The notes under the pieces are model-generated. The model ran no database searches, had not been told where the DNA came from, and saw only the letters and a list, made by a program, of their open reading frames with translations. The position numbers were made by a program, and so were the translations under genes. A stretch of 64,000 bases of DNA from Paraspadella gotoi (lineage: Eukaryota > Animalia > Chaetognatha). The DNA is taken from contig CM119267.1 in NCBI GenBank assembly GCA_051294375.1, forward strand, positions 25,121,783 to 25,185,782, given 5' to 3'. Shown here piece by piece: positions 14,491 through 26,100 of the stretch (position 1 is the first letter of the stretch; every line of letters begins with the position of its first letter).

Positions 14491-17400
14491 TCAAAGTTGA
14501 GTGACTTCGATCGGCGATGACGAACTCCCATCACCTTCCTCTTTCTCCTCCAGAGCTTCGGGCGTTGGCGGCTCTTCGACCGACGCCTTCTCGCCGGCAA
14601 CAGTCGTGGTGGTCGACGCCGGCATCGAAGACGCCGCCACCGGCATCAAGGGTCTCTCCCGCAGCAATTTTTCGTCGCGCCTTTGCTGCAGATGCATCAA
14701 GCGTTCCGTCCGCCACTGCATGAGTCGGATTTGAATCTTGTAGTTCATGCACTTTGAGCGCTCGTTCTCGATCTGCACGGTGATGTCGCGCTTTTCGCGG
14801 ACGAGAGTGTCCGTCTCCTTGAGGAGCGACTGTAGAAGTTGGAGAAGGTCTTCCTCGTCGAGCTCAGACTCGGAGCCGGAGCCGCCGCTGTAGTTGCTGT
14901 CGCCGTCACTGCCAGTCGCGCTGGTCGTCATGACGGCTGGAAGCGGGACCGGAGGCGGGGCCGTCGTCGAAGTTGGCAGCGCCTCGGTCGTCGTCGGCGG
15001 TTCGAAGGCGTCGTCCACGTCTTCGAATGATTGAGCGCGACGTAGGCGAATCTCCTCGATTTCTTCCCTGATATAAATATGATGATATAACTTAAGAACT
15101 ACATGTACTTAATCAATAACCAAGATAGTATGGTGAACTAAAATCCACCAACCGTTCATCAGCGGCCATTGGTGCCGGAGGCAAGTCATTCGCCTCCCAA
15201 CCCAAAGGTCCGGGGTTCTAGCCCGGTGGCCGCCTAGCAGTTAAGAGGGACGGGGCGCTTAACTCGCCTGTAACATGGTGTTACAGCCTGATCCGAAGCT
15301 CAGGGACTGCTTATATTGAACGGTTCTGTCACTAACACATAACAATTATCACTGTCTCTTCAATAGCCTATATAAACAAAAGCAACAAACACCATAATTC
15401 ACACCGACAACCACCGTTGAATTATTCGACCTACTTGAGCCTCTCCATCTCCATTTTCTCGGCCTCGATCTTTCTCCGCAACTCTTCCCCGATTTGATTC
15501 AACTCTTCAGTCTCGAGAACGAGTTTTTGCTCTTCCTCCAACAACGCCTCCACCAACGCCTTGAATCCTTCGTCGTGACCCATGTCCGAGTATTCTTCGT
15601 CAGCCTCAGCGATCTCCTCTTCCTCCTTCGCTACCTCTTCCTCTTCTATCCTCCACGATTCGTCGACCTTCTCTTCCTCCCCTTCTTCTTCTCCTCCTCC
15701 ACGGGCCGTGGGCGTCTTACTTCCTTCTCTTTCTTCTTCCTCGCCTTGATCTTTCGTCTCTTTCTCCGACCCTTTAATATTTCCCTTTCCCACTTCCTCC
15801 TCCTTCACTTCTTCCACCTTCTCCATCTTCTCTGATTCAGTCTTGCTCAATTCCTCCTCCTCCGCCGCCGCCGCCGCCGCCGCTGCGGCCTCCCGCTTCA
15901 TCTGCCGCAGCTTTCGCTTGAGGGTAGTGACGACGCGCTGGACTTCCCAAAGCTCTTCTTCTTTGCGCCTGAGGATAACGATTTGTAAAACTGTTTTGAA
16001 GTATAATTAAATATAATTAAAATGCAAACTTGTAAACTGCAAGTCGTTTAAATGAGATGTAATTTTTCAGAATTTTACGTAATTCACCCCTCCGGCGAAC
16101 CTGTCCTCGACACCGGCGAGCAGCTCCGCGTGGAGCTTGTCCAAGAAGGCCTGTCGCCTCTTGAGCTCCTCTTCGACGGAGGCGGGCGTCTCCAGTGAGG
16201 CGGCGGAGACGGCGCCGTCGTGAAGAGAGAGTTTTGAGGCGTCGTGACGCAGGGAAGAGGAGGAAGGGACGTACTTCTTGATGACGTCCTCGGCAAAAAA
16301 GAGACGCGAATGGGAAAAGAAGATGTTGAGCACACGGTGGCTGATCTTCATCGTTGGCGAGAGAACGATGGAGACGTTTTCGAGGCTCATCTTGTTAATC
16401 TGCCGGGTCAAGACTCACGTCAGCGCCACTCCCACTTTTTTTCTCTCTTTTTATTCTACCAATAGTTTGGAAAGAGAGATTGTACACCAACCTTCTCTCC
16501 TTCGATAACATGGACCATGTGAACGATGGTCCAGGCGAGGAGGAGACGATTCTGCGCCGGAAGCATCTCCACCAGTTGGAGGAATCGCTCCACGCGGCTC
16601 TTTTCGTCCGGAAGGCCGCAAGCCTCGTCGAATTTAGAATTTAACGCTGCGGAGACATAAAGAGAGTAAATTACGTAATTCAGATTATGAGAAATTATAA
16701 TTTCAATCCCGCACCTGGCGTTAATACTGGTTCGGGCAACTCCCTGAGGAACAGCTTGAGCAACCCGGCGACGATGTGGGGGTCGTAGTCGTGCAGATAC
16801 ACGGGTTTTCCGCGGTTGTAAGCGTCCTTTAACTTCTGCACTTTAGATTTGACGCCGGAGATTCTGTGTGGCGAAAAAAATACTAGTAGATAATCTTCTT
16901 AATGATTTTTGTTTTGCGAATTTTCAAACTATTTTTCAATCATCCTGACCAACTATTTATTAAATAGTATTTAACCCAAGAATAAAGCAGGTCGTCTCTC
17001 GTCTTTTAAGCTAGAAAACCAAGCACCGACCTGTAAATCCCCTGCTGCGTTAATCCTCTCTCTTCAACGTCGTCCACGCATTCTCGAAAAATTCTCGGTA
17101 GTGGGATTCCGTCGTCCAGTGCGCTGCGCTCGATGGCCACCTGGGACAAATTTCCTTATTATCAAGTTATGCACGAATTGCACATAAAATATATACATAA
17201 TTGCAAGTTCACAGACCTGAAGCGGAACGCCGAAAACGACGCGGTCCTCGGCGGCGTCCTCCGGCCCGCGCCGTATTCCGCCCCCGACGCCGGCCAAGTG
17301 TCCCTTTTTCTTCTTCTTCTTTTTCCTCTCTTCCTTCTCGAGTTTTTTGGAGACTTTTTCTTGCTTGATTGCCGACTTGTCCTTGTCCCTCTTTTTATCT

Positions 17401-17882
17401 TTCTCCTTTTCCTTGTCTCTCTCCTTGTCCTTCTCCTTGTCTTTGGCCAATTTGGTGGGGAATCGAAACGAGTGTTTGTTCTTCTTGAGTTTGGCCCCGG
17501 GAGATTTGAGGTCCTCCCCGTGCTGCTGTTGATGATGATGAGGCTGCTGGAGTTGATGGGGCGACGTCGACGTCGCCATCGTCGTTACGATCGTCGACGT
17601 CGGATCCGCGGATGAGGATGAAACGAGTTGAGTCTCTTCTCGATCGCTGTCTTCTTCTTCTTCGAAGAGGGCGTAGCCGCGATCCTGAATCAACAAAAAT
17701 ACATTTTAATAATAACATTTCTTAACATTAATACAAAATTAAATGAGTGGAACCTTGTCCCTTTTCTTCTTCCTCTTTTTCGATCGTCCATCGTCGTCGT
17801 CCCCGTCTCCATGGTGATGGTGAAGGTGAGGATGATAAATACCGGGAAAGTCTTTGTCCGCTTCGGGGCTTTCGAAATTCAT
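14491..17882 (-). CDS. RALBP1: RalA-binding protein 1 (RLIP76), RhoGAP, multi-exon
   Basis: Start MNFESPEADKDFPGIY; 'GYALFEEEEDS'; Lys-rich segment; RhoGAP domain (VVFGVPL...GIYRISGVKSKV...LLKLFLRELPEP...KMSLENVSIVLSPTMKISHRVL); Ral-binding 'EELWEVQRVVTTLKRKLR'; C-terminal coiled coil. Confidence 0.92.
15129..15362 (+). mobile_element. Solo-LTR-like element, family C (tRNA-like segment + twister), in a RALBP1 intron
   Basis: Flanked by ATAG/ATAG; 5' hairpin TGGTGAA...TCCACCA; tRNA-like 15162-15233 with acceptor stem GCGGCCA/TGGCCGC and GGTTCTAGCCC B-box-like motif; twister motif follows. Confidence 0.7.
15236..15311 (+). ncRNA. Twister ribozyme, type P5 (family C)
   Basis: AGCAGT..GAG(G)-GA-CGG-ggcgct-TAA-CTC-GCC-P3(CTGTAAC/GTTACAG)-P4(CCTGA/TCAGG) with loop TCCGAAGC-..ACTGCT. 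Loop CCG pairs with CGG; P2 has a 1-nt register irregularity. Confidence 0.75.
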
Positions 17883-18147
17883 GGCGGAGAGATGGAGAAG
17901 GAACTAGAGGCGAAGGGGGAGACGACGATCTTCGGCAAAGACTCGGTTCATTCCGCTAAGTAAATGGAAAAACCCATCGTTCGCTATCGAGGAAAAAGCG
18001 TCAAAATAAAATAATAAACGATTCAAATATTTTAATATCAAACTTCTGAAACTATACAGTTATAAAATCGGATGAAGAAATCAGAACGAACGCATGAAAA
18101 TAACAGAAATTCAATGGATTTTGACAAAATATTGGCTTATTTTCCCG

Positions 18148-20441
18148 TCAGTCAATCAAAAAGAAAGAATTCCACCAGCCCGCCCATATATCTTCCACTT
18201 TTTCCACTTCCACCCTGCCCGGCTTCCAGTCGCCCGTCGCCTCTGCCTGCCGACCCAATTGGCCCCAGTGGTTAGCGCCGCAGGAAAAGGCGGCGCCGGA
18301 TTGGCCGAGGAAAAGAGAGTGGCGCGACCCGGCGGCGACGCGACGGACGGGGAAGGGGAAAGGGAAGGGGAAAGGAAGAGTTTGAGATACGGGGTCGGAG
18401 TCGGCGAGGTCGGAAAAGTCGGGGTCGGCGAAAATGGAGATGGAGACCTTCGTCCCTTCGTCTATTCCTTTTGTTTCTACTTCACATTTTTCTCTCTTTT
18501 CTTCCTCATTGGCGACAAGTTTTGATTCTTCGAGGACCGTCGTCCGTTTTCCGGCGTCGAGTCCGGCCACACCGGCAGCGCCACTTGGCTCGAACGGACG
18601 TCCACACTGCCCACACTCGTTCCATCCCCACAAATAAACGTCGCCGTCGATCGTCAACGCCATCGAGTGCCATCCGCCGGCCGCCACCTTAAAAAAATTT
18701 TAATATTAAATAATATGTAATATCATAAACATCATGCACGCGAAAAATTGTTGGACAAGTAATGAAAAAAAAATCCAGATAATCAAATTAATCATTTATC
18801 ATTTTCATGCTTTACTAATGTCGTGTTTACTGCTAAGTTTAATTACTAAATGAATGAATAATTTTTATATTGTTGTACCAGTTTCATCACACTAAGTGAC
18901 GAAAAAAAAAGTAAAATCAAAAAACGAGCTTCTTTAATCGATGAGCAACAACGATTAAACGAATAGACTTCACCTGAGAAACGACCACGCCCTCCAAGGC
19001 CTCGAGCATCGCGGGGGTCGATGAAACTTGGAAAACGTCGGCCAGACCTAACTGGCGCCGACTGTTGGAGCCAAGGGCCAGGACTTCGCCTTTGGAGATG
19101 AGGGAGGAGAATGGGATGGGAATTATGAAATTATGAATTATAAAATGAGAGGGGAGAAGAGAGGAAGGCAAGTGATTTAAAATTTCCTTCTCTCCTTGAT
19201 TAAGTAATTTGCATTAACGCGCGTCACTTTATGAGGAGAAGGGGATTTAAATTGCGTCGATATTTACATTTCCGCTCATTTCCAAACGATGAACCAAACG
19301 TTTATTTCCAACGAAAACCCATCAACCATCACTAAACACCGAAAGCCCCCTTCCTCTTTTTTTTTTTAAGGACAGAAAACCCAGAGAAGCCATTTCTCTC
19401 CAGCGAATCCGAATACTAATTGAGAAAAGGACCTTGGCAAATGGCCATTCCCTCCCAATCACCAAATATCGATGGTCCACAAATTCCGCACCCCACCCAG
19501 CCCAGCTTTTCCCCCGCCCCCCACTCACCTCGATCGGTCAGAAAGAGGGCGTGGTTTTTTCCACAGGCGACTTGAGCGACGCCGAGTTGGACATCGACCG
19601 GAAGTAGAGTGGGCGAGACGGCGCCGAGGTCCATCATGGCCACGAACCCCCGTCCGTCTCTGCGGTCGTTAGATCTCCGTTTCTTTTCTCTTTTTCCGGC
19701 CGTTCGGTCTTTATCGCCGGATCCGGTTTTTCGCTCATTATCTGTGCCGGTCTTTGGCTCGCTTCTGTTTCCGTAATCGTCGAGCGTCGGATCATGATTG
19801 TCTTTTCGATTCGGTCTTTCCCTCTCGCGAAAAGAGTCGTCTATTTCAACGTTTTGAGTTTCTCTATTATTCCCGTTTTTCTCAATGACTTTCGTATTTG
19901 AGTCGGCGTCACTTTTGTCGTTTTGAGCGTCTTTTCCGGTCACGTCCTCGATTCGCGTCCAATTCGCGAAGAGTCTCTCGTCGTCGGTGACGTGAATCTC
20001 GAGACGTCGGACGACGTCGTCCGTCAGATAAGAAGGAAGTTTTATGCGCGGACGATGATCGAGAAAAAGCGAAGACGACGATGACGAAGAAAGGATTCTG
20101 AGGAAGACATCGTTATCTTCTCTTACGACGATGTAGACGCGTTGGAATCCCGCTGTCGCTGCCAAAACACAACCCGCGCCCCTCCGTTCCTTCTTAGCCT
20201 CATCCTCGTCCTCATCACAAGCCTGAACCCAAAAGTTCTCGGTTCGGTTCCCCGAAATCCTCAACAGGGTTTCCTGCTCGTCCGCGGCGCGCCGAATGGC
20301 CAGGAGGCAGGACGGCCAGCCAATAAGGACGCGGGGCGAGTCGGCAGTTTCGATGGTCGAGCGGACGATCGATTTCAGTTTCGAGGATGCGTCAGCTGCG
20401 TCGAAGTCGAATCCACAAAAGAGCAATCCTCGATCAGCCAT
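18148..20441 (-). CDS. RCCD1: RCC1 domain-containing protein 1-like, 3 exons
   Basis: RCC1 repeats VAQVACGKNHALFLTDRG, VLALGSNSRRQLG, VAAGGWHSMALTIDGDVYLWGWNECGQCG, VAAGSRHSLFL...CGANHWGQLG. Exons about 19529-20441, 18974-19090, 18148-18688. Confidence 0.8.
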
Positions 20442-22239
20442 TCGAAGCACGGGTTAACTCCTTGTGTTATGATTATCACTTATTCAATTTTTCAAGTTTT
20501 TTTCGACAAATCTTGTCGTTTTTTCTGTTTTTTTGGGGGGGCGGCGGCAGTTATGTGATTTAGGAATACGGCGAACGCAACTTTCGAATTATTGTTTGAT
20601 GTTTTATGTTTACAGATTTTCGGTGAGAGGAAAGAAGTTTGCATATGTAAGACTAAGAGTAACAAAAAAATGCTGGTGTGTGGTGCCTGTAAAAAAATAT
20701 TAAAATCAAGAAAAGATTGAAATTACCCGAAAAAGAAATACAATTTTTAATTTCACATTACAACAAAGCTCATCTATAAAGCAATGAAACCAGCAGTATC
20801 TAACCCCAACCAAAAGTAAGTTATCATATGGAAAACATTGAATCAATAAAGTTAATTATTATCATTGTATAGGTAATTAAGTTAATTATTGCACTCAACT
20901 TAACGAAGATCATATATTATATAATCTTGAATCTCAATTCGAAAACGACGACAAGTTGAAAGGGAAAAGTGTTAAGCCGGAACCGAGCCCGAAATATCTG
21001 CCGCGAATAAACATTTTCCAGAATAAGACAATCTCACAAAAAGGAGGAAAAGGAAAGAGGCGCGATAACGAATTGGAACGCGGAAAGGAGGAAAAAGGAA
21101 GAGGAAAGGAGGAAAAAGGAAGAGGAAAGGAGATAAAGGAGAAAATGATACGAGGACGAGAGACAAAGGAGAAAAAAGAAGAAAAGAACGTAAGAAGAGA
21201 AAAGAAAGAAAAAGAAGAAAAAAGAGATTCGCTCGCCGGGTTTTTGGCCAATCACTAAGGGGGTGCGCACCGCGGACTGAATAAAAAAAATAAAAAGAAA
21301 CAAAAGGAAGAGAAAAAGTCCACCCCCTCCTCGATAAAAAAAAGGGAAAAAGAGAAACCCAGGGCGTCTACCGGTCGCGAGAAAGAAAGAGAAAAAAGTC
21401 TCAGATGTGGCCAGGCTGAAAACGGGGATCGTTAGCGTTGATGAAAACTAAAAAAGAAACGCATTTATCACGAGCGGGGACGAAGAGAGAAAGACAAAGA
21501 AAATGGAAAGTAATAAATATAGAGAAAACAATCAGAAAAAAATAAGCGAGAGAATACGTGGGCGGAAGAGCGGGGAAAATGAAAATGTGAAGATTGTACG
21601 ATAAATGTACAAAAAAGAAAAAAAATGGGAAAAAGAAAAAAAAGAATTCGCTGTAGATAATAACCAATTTGAATAAATGAAGAGGCCTTGAAATTGCCTG
21701 TGCTCCGGACCCGCAAACGAGATGGAGGGACTCGACAATGAAACAGAAAAAAGGGAGGTAGGGATGAGAAGAAAGAAAGGAAAATCATGAAGTAGTGAAC
21801 GGCAAAGCTTATCCATTTCCGGGACGAAAGAAACCCTGAAGCTCAACCTTCTTCTTTGTAAAGAGAAAAAGCAGAGGGGTAAAAGAGGCAAAGCGAAAAA
21901 AAAAGGGAAGAGATGTTTTTTCTCATTCTCTTTTCATGCCTTTCTCCTCTCGGGTTGGAGAAGGAAAAATGAAAAATTCGTAAGCGAATGTCGATGATCT
22001 TTCGCGCATCATCAGGGAGGAAAGAGGAAAGGAGGAAAAAAAGGAAGAGAGGAGAAAAAAAGGCAAAGGAGAGATTTAACTAGGGGACAGGTATAGGGGA
22101 GAAATCCTAAAAGAAACTGAAGTAAAAAATCACGAAGGTCAGGGAAAAAGGAGAAAGTTGCAGAGGTGGATAAAACTGATGAACGATTAATTCATATGAA
22201 CACATTCTCAATATTTACCAAGTAACATCGCGAGCTACC

Positions 22240-22305
22240 TTTTTTCAGTTGCGCGGGGAGCAACTCTAAGTCACCTTGCGGTCGGTCTGTCTATTGGTCT
22301 GAGTA
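22240..22305 (+). mobile_element. Helentron/DINE-1-like (HINE) terminal fragment
   Basis: T-run, hairpin AGTTGC...GCAACT, then TAAGTCAC and GGTCGGTCTGTC microsatellite; a related segment lies at ~58057-58115. Confidence 0.45.
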
Positions 22306-22541
22306 TTGCGATGGGTATGTTTTAAATCCTTATAATTTAAATAATATTTCTTTATTTTAATCATACATAATCAAAAATATATCACGATATATTTACTATG
22401 TATATTATATAGTACAAATGCGGTAAGATAATCAGAAAGTATGAAGCATAGTTAAACAAATTACATTAATATTTTACAAATGGTCAACTATAATATATTA
22501 TACACATTAGTATAATCACATATCTTACAAAAAGCATACAT

Positions 22542-23148
22542 TATGGCAACAGCCGGGTTGCCTGAGATGCCCTTTGGGATCGGTCACCCTAGGACGGTCT
22601 CCCTTTACAAACGCAGAGGGAAGTCGTTAGGACTGTGGATGGAATACAATGCCTGGGATGGTGTGTTCCCCTTCTGAGCCAATGGTATTGGCTGAATGAT
22701 CGTGGACGTGAGACTGTGTGAATATACCGCCACAGGATCCCCGGGTCAAGACATCACTCAGGTTCCTCAAGCCTGAGAGGTGTCTGACAAGACTTACCAT
22801 AGTGGGAGAAAGAGAGAGCGCGAGTTGTGGGGGCATAGGCGTTTGTCGTAGCGTACCCAAAGTCAGCAGGGTATAGGCATTTGTCGTAGCGTACCCTGCA
22901 TGTTCAATAGAAGGGCTCACCACCATTGGGATGGGGCATCACACTGTTGGCTTTGGAGGCTTCCGACCCTCAGTGACGCATCCAGTCACTGGCGCGGTTA
23001 CCCTAGGACGGTCTCGCTTTGCCAACGCAGAGGGAAGTCGTTAGGACTGTGGATGGAACACAACGCTTGGGATGGTGTGTTCCCCCTCTGAGCCAATGGT
23101 ATTGTCTAAATGATCGTGGACGTGAGACGATGTGAATATACCACCACA
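22542..23148 (-). mobile_element. Two-LTR TRIM/retrozyme-like non-autonomous element, family A
   Basis: Direct repeats at ~22923-23148 and 22542-22734 around a ~190 bp non-coding interior. Whole unit flanked by ACAT/ACAT (22538-22541, 23149-23152); minus-strand ends TGTGG...GCCATA. Confidence 0.85.
22946..23026 (-). ncRNA. Twister ribozyme, type P5 (family A, 5' LTR)
   Basis: Minus strand: GTTGGC-aaa-GCGA-GA-CCG-tcctaggg-TAA-CCGC-GCC-AGTGAC/GTCACT-GGG-TCGGAAGC-CTC-..-GCCAAC. Confidence 0.85.
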
Positions 23149-26100
23149 ACATAATAAATAAAAGCGGCGCAACACGTAGAAAGTGACGTTTCGGGTTTAA
23201 TTTAAATAAAGAGTTGGGGGGGGGGGTTAGACTGTCAGTGGAGTGGGTACCAATGCGTCAAAAACGCTCTGGTGCATTGCATGTATTCAGTAGGATTATC
23301 ACTCATTATATATAATTTTTTTATAAAAATTTTACTTTCGCCGACCTGGGTTTTGGCGTCTTTTTTTTTAATGGAGATTTTTGTTCAAATCTGACTACCA
23401 AACAATATAAACGCTCCTGAGAAAAGTCTGGTTAAAAATAGATGTAAAAACACTAGATTCTGATCCTGCTGCATCAGAAGGGCTAACATTTTTTTTCTTT
23501 TGTCAAATAACCATCATTTTGACATCAAACTATCAGATTCAAATTGACTGGTCCGCTAGGGAAAATATTTTTGACGCAATTTTTATATATGAAATAAAGG
23601 GATTTCTCAACTTCAATACAATGTAAACGCATTTAACATATGTTGTGATTTTACAATAAACTTCAAATTCAGGAATCCGATAGCCATATGTCTGAAGGGC
23701 TCTCAAAATTTTTCTTTACATTTTATTTAGTTATTTTAATATGATACGATTATGGTAAAGTGAATTAGTCCATTTTGGTGAAATTTTTATTTAAAGTAAA
23801 AGTAAAAGAGCTAACGATCGGAATTCTAAGAGTTTTTAACCGGGAGTCAGATTCAGGAAAAATCTTCTATGGATTTTCCAAAGATTTTGGTTAATATTTT
23901 CTATATTTATGATCAGATTTTTTTGAAACTTAACAATTGCAATATTGCCATCATTCTACATTGGCCGGTAAAAGAATATATTAAAAACAACCTCTGGCTT
24001 TTTTCGTCAGAGCTTAGTCCTAAATTAGTAATTACCCTAACCCTAAACCCTCTTAACCCTAACCTTAACCTTAAACCCCTCTTATCTCGGACGGCGAAAG
24101 GAAATTATGTCATTTTCTTTTTCTTTTAAAACTCCCGTTTTTATAGTTTGATTTTACTTATACAAGTAAAAATTTCTTATCCGTCTCTTTTACTTTTTCT
24201 CCTTCATCCTATTAAATTCCCCGCTCTCCGATTCCGTCAGCTTTCTTTTGTTCTTTTGAAATCATTGCGAGCCAATCCATTCAGGAGGGCCGAAAGCAAG
24301 AGGGTCGTCTCGCCCCTTTTCCCGTCATTTCAATGTCTCATCCACGTCGCTCGTTATACCTTTTTTTCCACGTCCATTCTAGCGCGCTCTCTCACTCTCG
24401 CACTCACCCACGCTAGACCCGGTGGGACTCTCTCCAGCGCGGCGCGCTCGTTCTAGGCTCCGCGGCACCAGGATTTATCTCCTTCGCCTCGCGGCGCCGT
24501 TGATTGCGATACAGGACATTCATTTTAACTATTTACGTCAATCTATCTTGGAAGAGAGAATCGGGTGTTAAATCGCTGTTTTTGGGATCAACGATTTTTG
24601 CCACTTCCTCCCAACTATCCTCTCTTGATTTTGTCACTTAAGGGATAAAAAGAATACATTCGAAATCATACGAACTGTACATTTACAGAGCTTCATTGCA
24701 GCTTCTAAATATAAATTATTAATCATGGACTTGGTGAAAATATAATTTTAAATATATAACTATAAGGTATTAACAAAACTGAGCTTTTAAAACTCGAGCG
24801 CCTCCCTAGAGACAACCTATCACCTTGGTCGTCACCCCTCGCAGCTATTCTAATAATTACTTTTCGGATCCTCAACGACTCGAAGGCGTCGGTCCTTGTT
24901 ATATTTTCTCTCGCACTTTAAAATATGATCTCCTCCCTTTTTTGAAAAAAAGATAATGGAAAACTCATCATCGCGTAACCATAGTTTACAACGCTTCGTT
25001 CCAAGCAACCGCCCCCTCCTTTTGAAGATCTTTGTTATTGCTACTCACGGTTGCCATTAGTTGGCAGGGTTTTCACCCGTCTGTTTTCCCGAGACCACGA
25101 GCCCGTGCGACTCTTGTTTATAGCCATCAAATCCGTTTCGCTCGCGGCTCTTGGCTTCGACTTCGCACGTCATTCACGTTTTCTCATCTCGCTTTTGAAT
25201 TTCTTCGTCTCCTTCTTAACCCACATAAGCTTATAAGAAAACTACGCAGATGCCGTGTTCTAAAATATACTATTAGAATGTTTTTTCCTTATATGTACAG
25301 TGTGTAAAGATTTTCTTAAAAACTTAAAATAAAAATTTACGAGATTAACTATTTTTACCAAATCATCTCGTCCATTATTGAACCAACTGCTTGCCAAGAA
25401 ACGCCCCGTATTGTCGTGAATAATGATTGACTGCGAATCAGCCGGACTCAATTCTCCCCTTTTCATCTACCCACCCCTTGACAGTTTACACGGGCTGAGC
25501 GTCATGGTTCAAGGGCGAACGCCGCCGACTTTTCTCTCCCTTTGCTCATTCACTTCTCATCTTACATCCTCTATAAATTTTCGATTCATCGACCTCGATA
25601 TTTACGTATCCCTTTTCCTCTTGAGACCCTGCTGAAGAGAAGGTTGCCAGAAAAGGTGAAATAGTTGTTATCTTGCTTACAGCGCCAGACAAAAGTTTTA
25701 ACTTATGAAGATACATGTTGTATTATATCTTTTAATGCATTGTATCTTGATATTTATGAGTAAGCAACAGTCACAACCATTCTCAAATCTGATCGAACGG
25801 GCCTGCAAATCTTCTCAGACCGCGAGAAAATTCCTTTCTCATGAAAATCATCTTTGTCCCAAGGGCCTCGTCGCCGTAAACCAATTTACATAATCATTAG
25901 CAAAATGGGGAAAGAGAGAGAAAAAGAAAAAGAGAGACTTTTCAGGTCATGAGTTAACGAAAATTCCACGCACCGGGTAACTCGTTTAAGGTTGCTTGAG
26001 AGAGCCTGAAACGAACCTAACTTTTTTCTAGAGGCGGGAAGAAAAGAAAATTGGGCGAACTCACTTCCCCATCGGTCAATTCGCGGCGCGAAAGGAAAAA

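Noticed and set aside
15162-15233. Functional tRNA-Gly gene
   Set aside because: Anticodon and D stems do not pair properly, and it lies inside a TSD-flanked repeat.
20934-21891. Phe/Ser- or Lys/Glu-rich ORFs (also 29225-29785, 46203-46684)
   Set aside because: Products of purine/pyrimidine low-complexity sequence.
24030-24080. Telomere-like TAACCC units (also GGGTTAG at 55660-55740)
   Set aside because: Short, degenerate and interstitial; more likely part of a dispersed repeat.
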